Shown here: in pieces, positions 20,697-30,150 of the stretch
Layout: each line of letters starts with the position of its first letter
Position numbering within the stretch: position 1 is the stretch's first letter
Source of the DNA: Moorena sp. SIOASIH
Lineage (GTDB): Bacteria > Cyanobacteriota > Cyanobacteriia > Cyanobacteriales > Coleofasciculaceae
DNA length: 64,000 bases
Reading direction: 5' to 3'
Assembly: GCF_010671925.1 (NCBI RefSeq)
Contig: NZ_JAAHIH010000001.1
Span: 805,053-869,052 of the forward strand
The notes under the pieces: model-generated
Seen by the model: the letters and a program-made list of their open reading frames with translations, nothing else
Told to the model about the DNA's origin: nothing
The model's database searches: none
Program-made: the position numbers and the translations under genes

Positions 20697-23261
20697 ATGT
20701 TCCGACAGATGTACTCGAAACTTTCCCTCAGAGCAAAAATACTATTGCCGATGCTCTTTGTGTTCCTGGGAATGTGGATAGTAGGAACCTTTAGTTTGGG
20801 CTATTTTTTCACTAAGCGTCTGGAACAGCAAGTGCAAGAGGAGATCGAGGACTTCTCATCCATACAATTGCATGCCTTTGAACAGGAAAAAGAAACTCTA
20901 TTTTTGAAAGCAAGGTGGATAGCTGACAGAGAGGATGTTTCCACATTAGTTGCAGCAGGGAACCGGCAAAAGCTGTTTCAGTATTTACTGCCGATACAGT
21001 TATCTTATCAGCTCGATCTGCTTAAACTCGTAGACAAGAACGGGTCTATATTGCTGGAACTGCGGCAGGCAGACCTTAACCAAGTTGAGCTACTCGACGA
21101 GACAGTCAACCAAGCGGCAAGCATTGGGATGGATTTGTTCGATTTCGTGCCAGCTGAAGACAATGCCCCATCGCTCCTAGTCGGTCTAACCTCGGTGAAG
21201 TCTGCCCAGGAAATCTTAGGGGGAATAATCGTTGGCATTACTATTAGCGATGAATGGCTCGAACAATTACGCCCCCATAGGCACCATCACCTCGTTACCT
21301 TCTATGATTCTCAGGTTACTGCCTCTACCTTAACCGATGCTAAAAATGCTCCTTGGCAGCCACCGCCAATCAAATCCCTACCAGTGCAGGTCACTATTGC
21401 CGAGAAAAACTACATTGCCAAAAGTGTAGAGATCACCGGGATCAATGGTAAGGGGGGCAAACTGGTTTTACTGTACTCCGCCGCACCTCTTGAGCAGGTG
21501 CAGGGAAAGTTGTGGTTCAGTATCAGTGCTTTGTGCTTGCTGGGGTCAGCAATTACCACCGTAGTTGCCAACAGGGTCACTTTCTTGATTACCCGTAACA
21601 TTCAACAAGTAACAGAGGTAGCCCAGCGCGTCACTCAAGATGATAATTTTACTCTACAAGCCCCGATCATATCCCAAGATGAAATAGGAGTCTTAGCCAC
21701 TTCTCTGAATCATCTTATTCAACAAGTAAAGCATCTTTTGGCATCCAAAGAAGCAGAAGTCCAACGTCAACAGCTCCTCAGCCAAGAATTACAAGCAGCT
21801 AAAGAAACCGCTGAAATTGCCAACCGTGCCAAAAGTGAGTTCCTGGCCAATATGAGTCATGAACTGCGCACTCCCCTCAATGGCATCCTCGGCTATACCC
21901 AAATCCTCCAACGCTCTAAAATCATGAGCCCTGAAGAACTCAAGGGCATCCGTGTCATCCACCAATGTGGCAACCACCTACTCACCCTGATTAACGATAT
22001 TTTAGACATTTCTAAAATCGAGGCTAAGAAAATGGAACTGTACCCAACCAATTTTCATTTTCCCTCCTTTTTAGAAAATCTAGTTGACATCTGCCGTATC
22101 CGCGCTGATCACAAAGATATTGTATTTATTTACCAACCCCAAAATCAACTCCCCAATCACATCCATGGCGATGAAAAACGCCTGCGACAAATACTAATTA
22201 ACTTACTGGGTAATGGGATTAAGTTTACTGACACTGGGACAGTGACTTTCAAGGTAAATGTCTTAGAGTCAAAGCCCTTAACAAAAGGAGAAGACAAAAA
22301 ACAAAACAACCATGGAATTTTGAGAACAATTCGGTTTCAAATTGAAGACACCGGTATTGGTATGAGTGCAGAACACATCGAACGCATAGTGTTGCCCTTT
22401 GAGCAGGTGGGGAATCCCTTAAGTCGAGCCGAAGGCACCGGATTAGGATTAGCCATTACTCAGAAACTGCTTGAAATGATGGGGTCTACTTTGGAAGTGC
22501 AAAGCCAGCTCGGTGTGGGCAGTTTATTTTGGTTCGATTTGAAGTTGCCAGAAGCCACAGAAGTAACTGATGCGATCGCTCCTAACAAGACAATTATTGG
22601 TTTCCTTGGCCAAGGCCGCAAAATTCTGGTGGTGGATGATAAACCGGAAAATCGCTGGGTACTGGTGAATCTGCTAGCTCCCCTTGGCTTTGAACTCGAA
22701 GAAGCGAGCCATGGTCAAGAGGGTTTACAGAAAGCCACACAGTTCCAACCGGATCTGATTATTACTGACTTGTTGATGCCACAGATGGATGGTTTTGAGA
22801 TGATCCGACAGTTGCGAGAATCCTCCCAATTCTCATCAGTATTAGTGATCGCTTGTTCAGCCAGTGTGTTTGATGATCACCAGCACCAAAGTAGTGAGGC
22901 TGGAGCAGATGATTTTTTGCCCAAGCCAGTAGAGTCAAAAAAGCTATTAGAGAAGTTACAGGTAAATCTGAAACTAGAATGGGTTTATGAAGAAGAAGAA
23001 GATAAAGATAAAAACCTCACGACCAAGGCACCATCCCCTCTCAAAACTGAAAAGTCGATGGTGCCGCCCTCAAAAGAAGCACTAGACCACCTGTACGATC
23101 TGGCGAAGACTGGCTTAATTAGCGAGATTTTAAAACAAGTGGAAATCCTGGAAAAATCTGATGATAAGTTAATCCCGTTCAGCCAACATCTCCGTCAATT
23201 AGCCGAAGACTTTAAACTCAAGAAAATTCGACAGTTTATTCAGCAATATCGGGATAAATAA
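20697..23261 (+). CDS. Hybrid sensor histidine kinase: TM, a periplasmic Cache-like sensor, TM, HAMP, HisKA, HATPase_c, REC, and the conserved C-terminal tail. The track ORF 20502-23261 overlaps the upstream gene; the likely start is the ATG at 20697.
   Basis: [31 protein letters not shown]1, a ~280-aa periplasmic domain, TM2, a HAMP-like segment, then a transmitter-REC-tail near-identical to the 16598 gene. Confidence 0.85.
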   Translation: MFRQMYSKLSLRAKILLPMLFVFLGMWIVGTFSLGYFFTKRLEQQVQEEIEDFSSIQLHAFEQEKETLFLKARWIADREDVSTLVAAGNRQKLFQYLLPIQLSYQLDLLKLVDKNGSILLELRQADLNQVELLDETVNQAASIGMDLFDFVPAEDNAPSLLVGLTSVKSAQEILGGIIVGITISDEWLEQLRPHRHHHLVTFYDSQVTASTLTDAKNAPWQPPPIKSLPVQVTIAEKNYIAKSVEITGINGKGGKLVLLYSAAPLEQVQGKLWFSISALCLLGSAITTVVANRVTFLITRNIQQVTEVAQRVTQDDNFTLQAPIISQDEIGVLATSLNHLIQQVKHLLASKEAEVQRQQLLSQELQAAKETAEIANRAKSEFLANMSHELRTPLNGILGYTQILQRSKIMSPEELKGIRVIHQCGNHLLTLINDILDISKIEAKKMELYPTNFHFPSFLENLVDICRIRADHKDIVFIYQPQNQLPNHIHGDEKRLRQILINLLGNGIKFTDTGTVTFKVNVLESKPLTKGEDKKQNNHGILRTIRFQIEDTGIGMSAEHIERIVLPFEQVGNPLSRAEGTGLGLAITQKLLEMMGSTLEVQSQLGVGSLFWFDLKLPEATEVTDAIAPNKTIIGFLGQGRKILVVDDKPENRWVLVNLLAPLGFELEEASHGQEGLQKATQFQPDLIITDLLMPQMDGFEMIRQLRESSQFSSVLVIACSASVFDDHQHQSSEAGADDFLPKPVESKKLLEKLQVNLKLEWVYEEEEDKDKNLTTKAPSPLKTEKSMVPPSKEALDHLYDLAKTGLISEILKQVEILEKSDDKLIPFSQHLRQLAEDFKLKKIRQFIQQYRDK

Positions 23262-23273
23262 TAATTATAGCAA

Positions 23274-23853
23274 AGGGAGCAGGCAGTAGGGAGTAGGGAG
23301 TAGGGAGTAGGGAGTAGGGAGTAGGGAGTAGGGAGTAGGGAGTAGGGAGTAGGGAGTAGGGAACAGGGAACAGGAAAGTGGGAAAAGGGAAAAAATATTG
23401 TTTACCTCATTAGGCTATAAAAAGCTATAAATTCAAAAAATTTATTTATTCATAAATAAATAAATAAAACCAGGCATAAAACTCTATATTGTGTATAGCA
23501 ATCCGTGTAGGAATTGTGAGAATTTTTGTTCCCTACTCCCGTCTTGATGCAGTCGCTCATGGGGGAAACCACGGCAGTCGCTGGGGGAACGGCAGTCGCT
23601 CATGGGGGAGACCACGGCAGACCGCGAGTGGGGGAAACCACGGCAGACCGCGAGTGGGGGGAACCCCCAAGACCGCACTGCCTCCCCAAGACCGCGCTGC
23701 CTCCCCAAGACCGCGCTGCCTCCCCAAGACCGCGCTGCCTCCCCAAGACCGCGCTGCCTCCCCAAGACCGCGCTGCATCGCTACTCCCTACTCCCTACTC
23801 CCTACTCCCTGCTCCCTGTTCCCTGTTCCCTGTTCCCTGTTCCCTGTTCCCTT
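23274..23853. repeat. Complex intergenic repeat island. It contains (GGGAGTA)x~12 at 23274-23376, GC-rich ~29-nt repeats at 23556-23664, a 19-nt unit CCCCAAGACCGCGCTGCCT x6 at 23665-23778, and an inverted (TACTCCC)x3-(CTGTTCC)x6 array at 23779-23853.
   Basis: Read directly. The ORFs predicted on both strands here are repeat translations. Confidence 0.9.
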
Positions 23854-24033
23854 TGCTATAGGATTGATTCATAACTAATCCTACAGGTATATAGTTGCGG
23901 CAGAAGTACTGAATATTATCTTAAAAAAAATCCTACTACAGTTTTTTGTGTAATTAAAGGGAACAATTAAAGGGAAACAGTGAACATAATACTTTTGAAA
24001 AAGTAGCAAAAAATCAACTAGTTAATCGGAGCA

Positions 24034-27000
24034 ATGAAAACTATCAAACAAATTAGCCCTATAGCGGAAATAAACTACTTTCTAGCTATTTTTATACCTT
24101 TAACGATAGGGATAGGAAGTTTTCTAGTGCTCATGCATCGCACCGAGGTTAAGGTTGACACAACAGAAGTCAACCTTAATGAAATCCGTAATGTTGAGAT
24201 GGCAGCTCAACGAGCAGCTAGTGATTTCCATGTCATTGTATCAGACTTGAGATTCCTAGCCAATCAAAATGAGTTACGAGGAATGTTAGATAGCACCAGT
24301 GATGCTCTCCAAGAAACTGAAAAGTGGCGCATGGCTCTTACTCAAGAATATCTGATCCTGCTTCGAGAGAAAGGGCTTTATGACCAAATTCGCTTTCTGG
24401 ATACAACTGGTAAAGAAATTGTTAGAGTCAACTTTAACCAGGGTCAGCCGGTTATTGTGCCTGAGGAACAACTGCAAGTCAAGGCAAATCGTTACTGGTT
24501 TCAAAAAACCTTAGCTTTGCCAAAGGGAGAAATGTTTGTCTCTCCCCTAGACCTGAATGTCGAAAATGGAAAAATTGAACACCCCCTGAAGCCAGTAATT
24601 CGCGTTGGTAGCCCTGTGTTTGACAGTTATGGTCAGAAACGGGGCATCGTCATCATTAACTATTTTCCTAAACATTTCATCAATAGTTTGGAACCCGAAA
24701 ATAACACCTCTTTAGGGGAAATGATGCTGTTGAATGGTGAGGGATTTTGGCTGAAGGGAACCAACCCAGAGGATGAATGGGGATTCATGTATCCTAACCG
24801 CAAAGACCGTACCTTTGCCAAGGCGTTTCCAAAAGCATGGCAACGGATTTCTAAGGCTGATCACGGGCAGTTTGAAACTGCCAACGGTAAGTTTACCTTT
24901 ACCACTGTTCATCCTTTCTACGAGATGCAAACAGCTAAAACTGCTGTACAAAAGCGTTTTTCTGATCTCACTAGGATCGATGCTAACTCCGATACCTGGA
25001 AAATTGTCACCTACATTTCCCCTAAGGTGATAAATAAACGCTCCCGTGATTCCTGGAAGCCGCTAGGGCTGCTTTATGGTAGTTTAGTGGTGCTAATTGG
25101 TATTGGTTCTAGCTTACTAGCACGGGCTAAGGTAGAGCATCAGCACGCAGAAGAGGAACTGGGACTGAGTCAGGAACGCTTGCAGCTAGCCTTAGAAGGA
25201 TCCGGTGATGGACTCTGGGACTGGAACATCACGACTGGAGAGGTTTATTACAGTCCCCGGTGGTTAGAAATGCTGGGCTATGATGTGGATGAGCTACCAG
25301 GATACCTCAGCAGTTGGGAAAAGCTGATACATCCAGAGGATAAACCCTTGGTAAGGTCGTTGCTGAATGCTTGTCTAAAGAACAGTTCGGTTCTCTTTGC
25401 CTGTGACCATAGAGTACGAACCAAATCCGGTCAATGGAAATGGATTGCCATTTACGGTAAAGTGGTTGCTCATGATCACAAGGGCAACCCGAAACGAATG
25501 GCAGGAACCCATAAAGATATTAGCGATCGCAAACAGGCCGAGGAAGAACTGCGGCTGAGCAGAGAACGCTTTCGCACGCTCTATGAAAATACACCAGTTA
25601 TGCTGCATTCGATTGATAGCAATGGCAGATTGCTCAGTGTCAGTAACTACTGGCTTGAGAAGCTAGGCTACGAGCGTAGTGAAGTTATTGGAAGACAATC
25701 CACTGATTTTTTAACAGAATCACCCCAGTACGCCCAAGGGGTGTTTCTGCCTAAATGTTTTGAGACAGAAATGTGCTTGGATGTTCCCTATCAGGTGATT
25801 TGCAAGAATGGAGAAATCATTGACGTGCTTCTTTCCGCTATTGCTGAACAAGATGAGTTAGGTCAGGTGGTTCGGTCTCTAGCGGTTATGGTTGATGTCA
25901 CTGCTCGCAACCGAGCGGAAGCCGCACTGCAACATGCTAAAGAGGCTGCGGAAGTTGCCAATCGTGCCAAAAGCGAATTCCTGGCTAACATGAGCCACGA
26001 ACTAAGAACCCCCCTTAATGGTATCCTTGGCTACACCCAAATCCTCAAAAAGTCCAAAACCATGACCCCTGAGGAACTCAAAGGCGTCCACATCATTCAT
26101 CAGTGTGGTTCACACCTGTTAACCCTAATTAACGACATTCTGGATCTCTCCAAAATTGAAGCCAGGAAAATGGAACTCGTTCCTAGAAATGTTCATTTTT
26201 CCTCCTTTCTGGAAAACCTGGTTGACATCTGCTGTATCCGCGCTGATCAGAAGGACATTGTATTTACTTACCAACCCCTTTCTCAACTCCCCAATGGCAT
26301 CTATGGGGATGATAAACGCCTACGACAAGTACTGATGAACCTGCTAAGTAATGCCATCAAGTTTACCGACTCTGGGGAAGTAACCTTCAAAGTGAGTGTC
26401 CTTGAATCTACGCAAAATGATAACCCCCCATCACCCCCCTCCACCCGACCCTTCACAACGGAGGTAGACAATGGTCAAAAAGAGCTTAAGAAAGAACAAA
26501 GGACAAAAATCCGGTTTCAAGTAGAAGATACTGGGATTGGTATAACCCCAGAGCAATTAGAAACGATTTTTTTGCCCTTTGAGCAAGTAGGAAATCCCTT
26601 TCGCAAAGCAGAAGGGACAGGATTGGGATTAGCGATTACTCAGAAACTCTTGTCCATGATGAACTCTAGCTTAGAAGTAAGGAGCCAGCCCGGAATTGGC
26701 ACTGTGTTTTGGTTTGATTTGGAGTTGCCAGAAGCCACAGAAAGCTTAGATGCCCCAATGGCTTCTCAAACAGGGATCATTGGCTTCAAAGGTAAGGAGC
26801 GGAAAATCCTGGTAGTGGATGATCAATGGGAAAATCGCATGGTTTTGGTTAATCTGCTTGCCCCCCTTGGGTTTGAACTGGTGGAGGCAACCAACGGTCA
26901 AGAGGGTTTGGAGAAAGCTCAGTGTCAGCCTGACGTAATTATTACCGACTTGCTCATGCCAGGGATCGATGGTTGGGAATTAATCCGACAGCTGCGAGAA

Positions 27001-27426
27001 TCCCCCCAATTAAAGTCAGTAGTGGTGATTGCTTGCTCAGCCAGCGTATTTAATACTCACCAACACAAGAGTATTGAGTCTGGGGCGGACGAGTTTCTGC
27101 CCAAGCCAGTAGATTCAGAAAGACTATTCGAGATATTACGGATGCATCTGAGACTGGAATGGGTGTATGAAGGAAAAGAACAAGGAGAAAAGATGATGGC
27201 TGAAAACATCTCATGTCAAACTACAGAGATTATCCCTCCCCCAGCTGAAAAACTTGCTCAGCTCTATGATTTGGCCAGAACAGGCTTAATCAGCGAAATT
27301 TTAGAACAAGTGGATAATCTGGAAAAATCCGATGAAAAATTGGCGATTTTTGCCCAACATATCCAGCAATTCGCTCAAGGCTTTCAGGTCAAAAAAATCC
27401 AAGATTTCATCAAACAATACCTATAA
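24034..27426 (+). CDS. Hybrid sensor histidine kinase: TM, a ~330-aa periplasmic (Cache-like) domain, TM, two PAS domains, HisKA, HATPase_c, REC, and the conserved C-terminal tail.
   Basis: PAS signatures (LALEGSGDGLWDWNITTGEVYYSPRWLEMLGY; RFRTLYENTPVMLHSIDSNGRLLSVSNYWLEKLGY). The H-box [30 protein letters not shown]. The REC and tail ...[26 protein letters not shown]...VKKIQDFIKQYL. Confidence 0.85.
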   Translation: MKTIKQISPIAEINYFLAIFIPLTIGIGSFLVLMHRTEVKVDTTEVNLNEIRNVEMAAQRAASDFHVIVSDLRFLANQNELRGMLDSTSDALQETEKWRMALTQEYLILLREKGLYDQIRFLDTTGKEIVRVNFNQGQPVIVPEEQLQVKANRYWFQKTLALPKGEMFVSPLDLNVENGKIEHPLKPVIRVGSPVFDSYGQKRGIVIINYFPKHFINSLEPENNTSLGEMMLLNGEGFWLKGTNPEDEWGFMYPNRKDRTFAKAFPKAWQRISKADHGQFETANGKFTFTTVHPFYEMQTAKTAVQKRFSDLTRIDANSDTWKIVTYISPKVINKRSRDSWKPLGLLYGSLVVLIGIGSSLLARAKVEHQHAEEELGLSQERLQLALEGSGDGLWDWNITTGEVYYSPRWLEMLGYDVDELPGYLSSWEKLIHPEDKPLVRSLLNACLKNSSVLFACDHRVRTKSGQWKWIAIYGKVVAHDHKGNPKRMAGTHKDISDRKQAEEELRLSRERFRTLYENTPVMLHSIDSNGRLLSVSNYWLEKLGYERSEVIGRQSTDFLTESPQYAQGVFLPKCFETEMCLDVPYQVICKNGEIIDVLLSAIAEQDELGQVVRSLAVMVDVTARNRAEAALQHAKEAAEVANRAKSEFLANMSHELRTPLNGILGYTQILKKSKTMTPEELKGVHIIHQCGSHLLTLINDILDLSKIEARKMELVPRNVHFSSFLENLVDICCIRADQKDIVFTYQPLSQLPNGIYGDDKRLRQVLMNLLSNAIKFTDSGEVTFKVSVLESTQNDNPPSPPSTRPFTTEVDNGQKELKKEQRTKIRFQVEDTGIGITPEQLETIFLPFEQVGNPFRKAEGTGLGLAITQKLLSMMNSSLEVRSQPGIGTVFWFDLELPEATESLDAPMASQTGIIGFKGKERKILVVDDQWENRMVLVNLLAPLGFELVEATNGQEGLEKAQCQPDVIITDLLMPGIDGWELIRQLRESPQLKSVVVIACSASVFNTHQHKSIESGADEFLPKPVDSERLFEILRMHLRLEWVYEGKEQGEKMMAENISCQTTEIIPPPAEKLAQLYDLARTGLISEILEQVDNLEKSDEKLAIFAQHIQQFAQGFQVKKIQDFIKQYL

Positions 27427-27739
27427 CGTAATTAGTTAAGAGGTAAGCCTATGCGCTACAGATGGTGCTACTTTAGGTGCCCTCAGCTAACGCCCTACGC
27501 CCATGCTACCCTTGCCAGCGAGCCAATAGCCTACTTTCCGGCTAAGCAAACGCTCATTGATAATGAGAGCAAAGTTTTAGGGTTTAATGGGATTAACATT
27601 AATAAAATCCTATTTATACGGCTTAACTATTACGACTTAATGCTGATAGCTTTATGGTTAGGTTGATTAGGATTTATTATGAGCATTTAGTAACATTAAT
27701 TGGTTAATTGCTTTGACCACTCTATAAAAAGGTGTAACA

Positions 27740-29230
27740 ATGATCAATGGCCAGAATGAACAACTAATATTAATTGTAGATGATATCGCCACCAATTTAG
27801 AAGTACTATCCACTACATTGATCAGTGCTGGTTTCAAAGTTGCAGTCGCCACTGATGGCGAAAGCGCCATTGAACAGGTTGACTATAAACCGCCGGATCT
27901 GATTGTGTTAGATGTAATGATGCCAGGAATTGATGGATTTGAAACGTGCCATCGGCTGAAGGAAAATCCGTTAACCCGTGAAATTCCCGTGATTTTTATG
28001 ACAGCGCTGAGCGAGACCGTGAACAAGGTCAAGGGTTTTTCTCTTGGAGCAGTGGACTATCTGACCAAACCGATTCAGTCAGAGGAAGTATTAGCCAGAG
28101 TTAGAACCCATTTGCAACTGCAAAGTCAGGCAAAGGCCCTCAAGGAGCAAAATGCCCTTCTTAAAGAGGAAATTGAACAGCGAAGGTCAGCAGAAGCGAG
28201 GTGGCAAAACACCCTAGAACAGCTCGAAGCTGCCCAAAGCCAGATAATCGCCCAAGAAAAACTCGCTGCTCTTGGACAACTGGTTGCAGGAATCGCTCAC
28301 GAAATCAATACTCCCCTGGGAGCAATTCGCTCCTGTGTGGGCAATCTGTCTAACTTCTTCAACGACCACCTCCACCAATTACCCTCATTTTTTCAAGGAC
28401 TCTCGCCAGAACGTCAGTCGGATTTGTTGGCCTTACTCCAATACTCCAGCCGACAGACTACCCCTCTATCTACCCGAGAGCAACGTCAACTCAAACGAAG
28501 GTTGAAAAGCCAACTGGAATCCTACGCTATTGATAAAGCCGTAAAGCTAGCCAATTTATTAGCGGGAATTGGGGTTTATGAGGACTTCGAAGAGTTTTTG
28601 CCTCTCCTGAAAGACCCAGACAACGAAATGATTTTAACCACTGCCTATCAATTAGCTAACCTCTATACCAGTACGCGCAACATTACCACTGCCGTAGAAC
28701 GAGCTACAAAAGTGGTGTTTGCCTTGAAAACTTATGCTCGTTATGACTCTAGTGGGGAAAAGATAGATGCACAGATTACTGACGGGATTGACACGGTCTT
28801 GACTCTTTATCATAACCAACTCAAACATGGCGTAGACGTCTACAGAAACTATGACGATTCTTTGCCAGTTATCCGGTGCTATCCTGATGAACTCAATCAA
28901 GTCTGGACTAATCTGATTCACAATGCCCTCCAAGCCATGGAGAACAAGGGGAATTTAATCATTAATGTCAGGCAGGAAGATGACCAAATCAAGGTCAGCA
29001 TTACTGACACTGGCAAGGGGATTCCTCCTGAAATTCAGCCGAAAATCTTTCAGCCGTTCTTTACCACGAAACCCGCTGGAGAAGGCAGTGGCTTGGGATT
29101 AGATATTGTTAGGAAAATTGTAGAGAAACATCACGGACACATGGAGGTGGAGTCCGTACCCGGTGAAACTACCTTTACAGTTTCCCTACCGATTCAGCAG
29201 CCACACCCGATGGCTGAGGAGGTACATTGA
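27740..29230 (+). CDS. Response-regulator-receiver / histidine-kinase fusion (N-terminal REC, coiled coil, HisKA, HATPase_c).
   Basis: REC motifs (ILIVDD...DLIVLDVMMPGIDG...KP). The H-box AGIAHEINTPLGAI. An ATPase domain (DTGKGIPPEIQPKIFQPFFTTKPAGEGSGLGLDIVRKIV). Confidence 0.85.
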   Translation: MINGQNEQLILIVDDIATNLEVLSTTLISAGFKVAVATDGESAIEQVDYKPPDLIVLDVMMPGIDGFETCHRLKENPLTREIPVIFMTALSETVNKVKGFSLGAVDYLTKPIQSEEVLARVRTHLQLQSQAKALKEQNALLKEEIEQRRSAEARWQNTLEQLEAAQSQIIAQEKLAALGQLVAGIAHEINTPLGAIRSCVGNLSNFFNDHLHQLPSFFQGLSPERQSDLLALLQYSSRQTTPLSTREQRQLKRRLKSQLESYAIDKAVKLANLLAGIGVYEDFEEFLPLLKDPDNEMILTTAYQLANLYTSTRNITTAVERATKVVFALKTYARYDSSGEKIDAQITDGIDTVLTLYHNQLKHGVDVYRNYDDSLPVIRCYPDELNQVWTNLIHNALQAMENKGNLIINVRQEDDQIKVSITDTGKGIPPEIQPKIFQPFFTTKPAGEGSGLGLDIVRKIVEKHHGHMEVESVPGETTFTVSLPIQQPHPMAEEVH

Positions 29231-29730
29231 GATGATGAACCTGAAACTGTTATTTGGACAGGATTGCTGGGGAACTTTATAAGTGTAGCTAGTTATCAGT
29301 GTAGCTAGTTCATAAACAATCGTCCAAGGCAAGAAAACCCGGTCTAGGCAAGAGCGGGGAGTGTCAAAACTGTGGCTAGTTGCAGTCCATGTCATTAAAT
29401 CATCCATAGTAACCAAGAATGATTACACTCCCAGGCTATCGGCTCACTGAGGGAATTTACTAAGCGCCTTAGAACCCTAGTTTATCAAGGGGTGTGTGAG
29501 GCTGACCAGAAATTTGTCATCTTCGATCAAAACCGTAAGATTACTGATGCGATTAGCCCGAAGGGCTACGCTACGCGAACGCGACCTTGCCTACTCAACC
29601 CATCTCGACCGTCTCCCTACCTTTTCATACCAATTTTTCAAAGTAGGACTACAGATATAGATGGAGAAATGGGGAGATGGGGAGATGGCCAGATGAAATT
29701 GATGTGTAGCCGTAATGAGCCAGAATTGGT

Positions 29731-30150
29731 ATGAATTCAATGAGGAAACTAGTCATGTCTGACGCCGTAATTTTATGTGTTGATGATGAAATATCGATCT
29801 TGAAAAGCTTGGAGATGGAACTTCAAGCAGCTTTTGAAGATAAGTATCTCTATGAATTTGCTGAAAGTGCTGATGAAGCCTTGGAAATCATTGATGAACT
29901 CTATGATAATGGAGAGCAAATTCTAATTATTGTCTCCGATTGGTTAATGCCAGGAATGAAAGGGGATCAATTTCTGATTAATGTCCATCACAAATATCCC
30001 GATATTATTAAAGTGATGCTAACGGGACAAGCTGATGACGAAGCGGTTGAACGGGCGCAACAATATGCTAACCTATATCGATGTTTACACAAACCCTGGA
30101 ATACTCAGGAATTAATTTTAACAATTCAGTCTGCTTTAGTCGAATTATGA
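29731..30150 (+). CDS. Single-domain response regulator (receiver only). Its stop overlaps the start of the next gene (ATGA).
   Basis: VILCVDDE...IIVSDWLMPGMKGD...KP receiver motifs. 139 aa. Confidence 0.8.
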   Translation: MNSMRKLVMSDAVILCVDDEISILKSLEMELQAAFEDKYLYEFAESADEALEIIDELYDNGEQILIIVSDWLMPGMKGDQFLINVHHKYPDIIKVMLTGQADDEAVERAQQYANLYRCLHKPWNTQELILTIQSALVEL

